The notes under the pieces were generated by a model. The model made no database searches. It was not told the origin of the DNA and saw only the letters and a program-made list of their open reading frames with translations. Below are positions 63,101 through 64,000 of a stretch of DNA of 64,000 nucleotides, piece after piece (the stretch's first letter is position 1; every line of letters starts with the position of its first letter). Source of the stretch: Antedon mediterranea (Eukaryota; Animalia; Echinodermata); the NCBI RefSeq assembly GCF_964355755.1, contig NC_092671.1:26362070-26426069 (forward strand), read 5' to 3'. Made by a program: the position numbers and the translations under genes.

Positions 63101-63851
63101 TTTCATAGAGTAAACGGGTACTTACAGAGTGTACCTTGCTATTATTTCATAGAGTAATTGGGTACTTACAGAGTGTACCTTGCTATTATTTCATAGAGTA
63201 ATTGGGTACTTACAGAGTGTGCCTTGCTATTATTTCATAGAGTAATTGGGTACTTACAGAGTGTACCTTGCTATTATTTCATAGAGTAATTGGGTACTTA
63301 CAGAGTGTGCCTTGCTATTATTTCATAGAGTAATTGGGTACTTACAGAGTGTACCTTGCTATTATTTCATAGAGTAATTGGGTACTTACAGAGTGTACCT
63401 TGCTATTATTTCATAGAGTAATCGGGTACTTACAGAGTGTGCCTTGCTATTATTTCATAGAGTAATCGGGTACTTACAGAGTGTGCCTTGCTATTATTTC
63501 ATAGAGTAATTGGGTACTTACAGAGTGTACCTTGCTATTATTTCATAGAGTAATTGGGTACTTACAGAGTGTGCCTTGCTATTATTTCATAGAGTAATCG
63601 GGTACTTACAGAGTGTGCCTTGCTATTATTTCATAGAGTAATCGGGTACTTACAGAGTGTGCCTTGCTATTATTTCATAGAGTAATTGGGTACTTACAGA
63701 GTGTACCTTGCTATTATTTCATAGAGTAATTGGGTACTTACAGAGTGTACCTTGCTATTATTTCATAGAGTAATTGGGTACTTACAGAGTGTACCTTGCT
63801 ATTATTTCATAGAGTAATTGGGTACTTACAGAGTGTGCCTTGCTATTATTT
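59012..63851. repeat. 44-bp minisatellite x110
   Basis: 4840 bp / 44; two dimorphic positions plus rare variants. Confidence 0.97.
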
Positions 63852-64000
63852 TAAATTACCAATGTTGCTTTTGTGTTTACATCATTGTTGACTCGAGAAT
63901 AGTTAATAATTTTCAATTTGTCATAATGTTCAATCAGTAATATCTTTAAGAAACTATTAATTATTCAGTAATTTTGGCTACTGTATGCGACAATTGAGAA

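Noticed and set aside
54800-63851. CRISPR-like regular repeats
   Set aside because: Head-to-tail units with no unique spacers, no cas genes, eukaryotic context.

Overview
AT-rich animal genomic DNA, probably from a marine invertebrate (taxon is inference only). The one intact host gene is a 14-coding-exon mitochondrial aldehyde dehydrogenase (ALDH2-type) on the minus strand, CDS 27124->678, 1560 nt / 519 aa. All introns are GT-AG and exon 1 encodes a mitochondrial presequence. The gene has both the ALDH2-type and the ALDH1A-type intron in the exon 4/5 region, and Thr in place of Cys303. Its introns and flanks are full of transposons: a decayed Gypsy LTR element with an intact -1 frameshift signal, hAT, Kolobok-like, Merlin/MULE-like, Harbinger, piggyBac-like and Helentron-like non-autonomous elements, a Rex1/Babar LINE and other LINE fragments. 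Three P-superfamily elements, one carrying a spliced THAP-domain relic, are stacked about 140 bp upstream of the ALDH2 ATG. TACAGTA/TACTGTA heptamers behave like Tc1/mariner excision footprints; two of them explain frameshifts in the Gypsy pol. The right end holds 29-, 42- and 44-bp minisatellites and a near-identical ~4.2-kb tandem duplication whose breakpoint lies in the 44-bp array. Coordinates were read by hand and may be off by a few bases.
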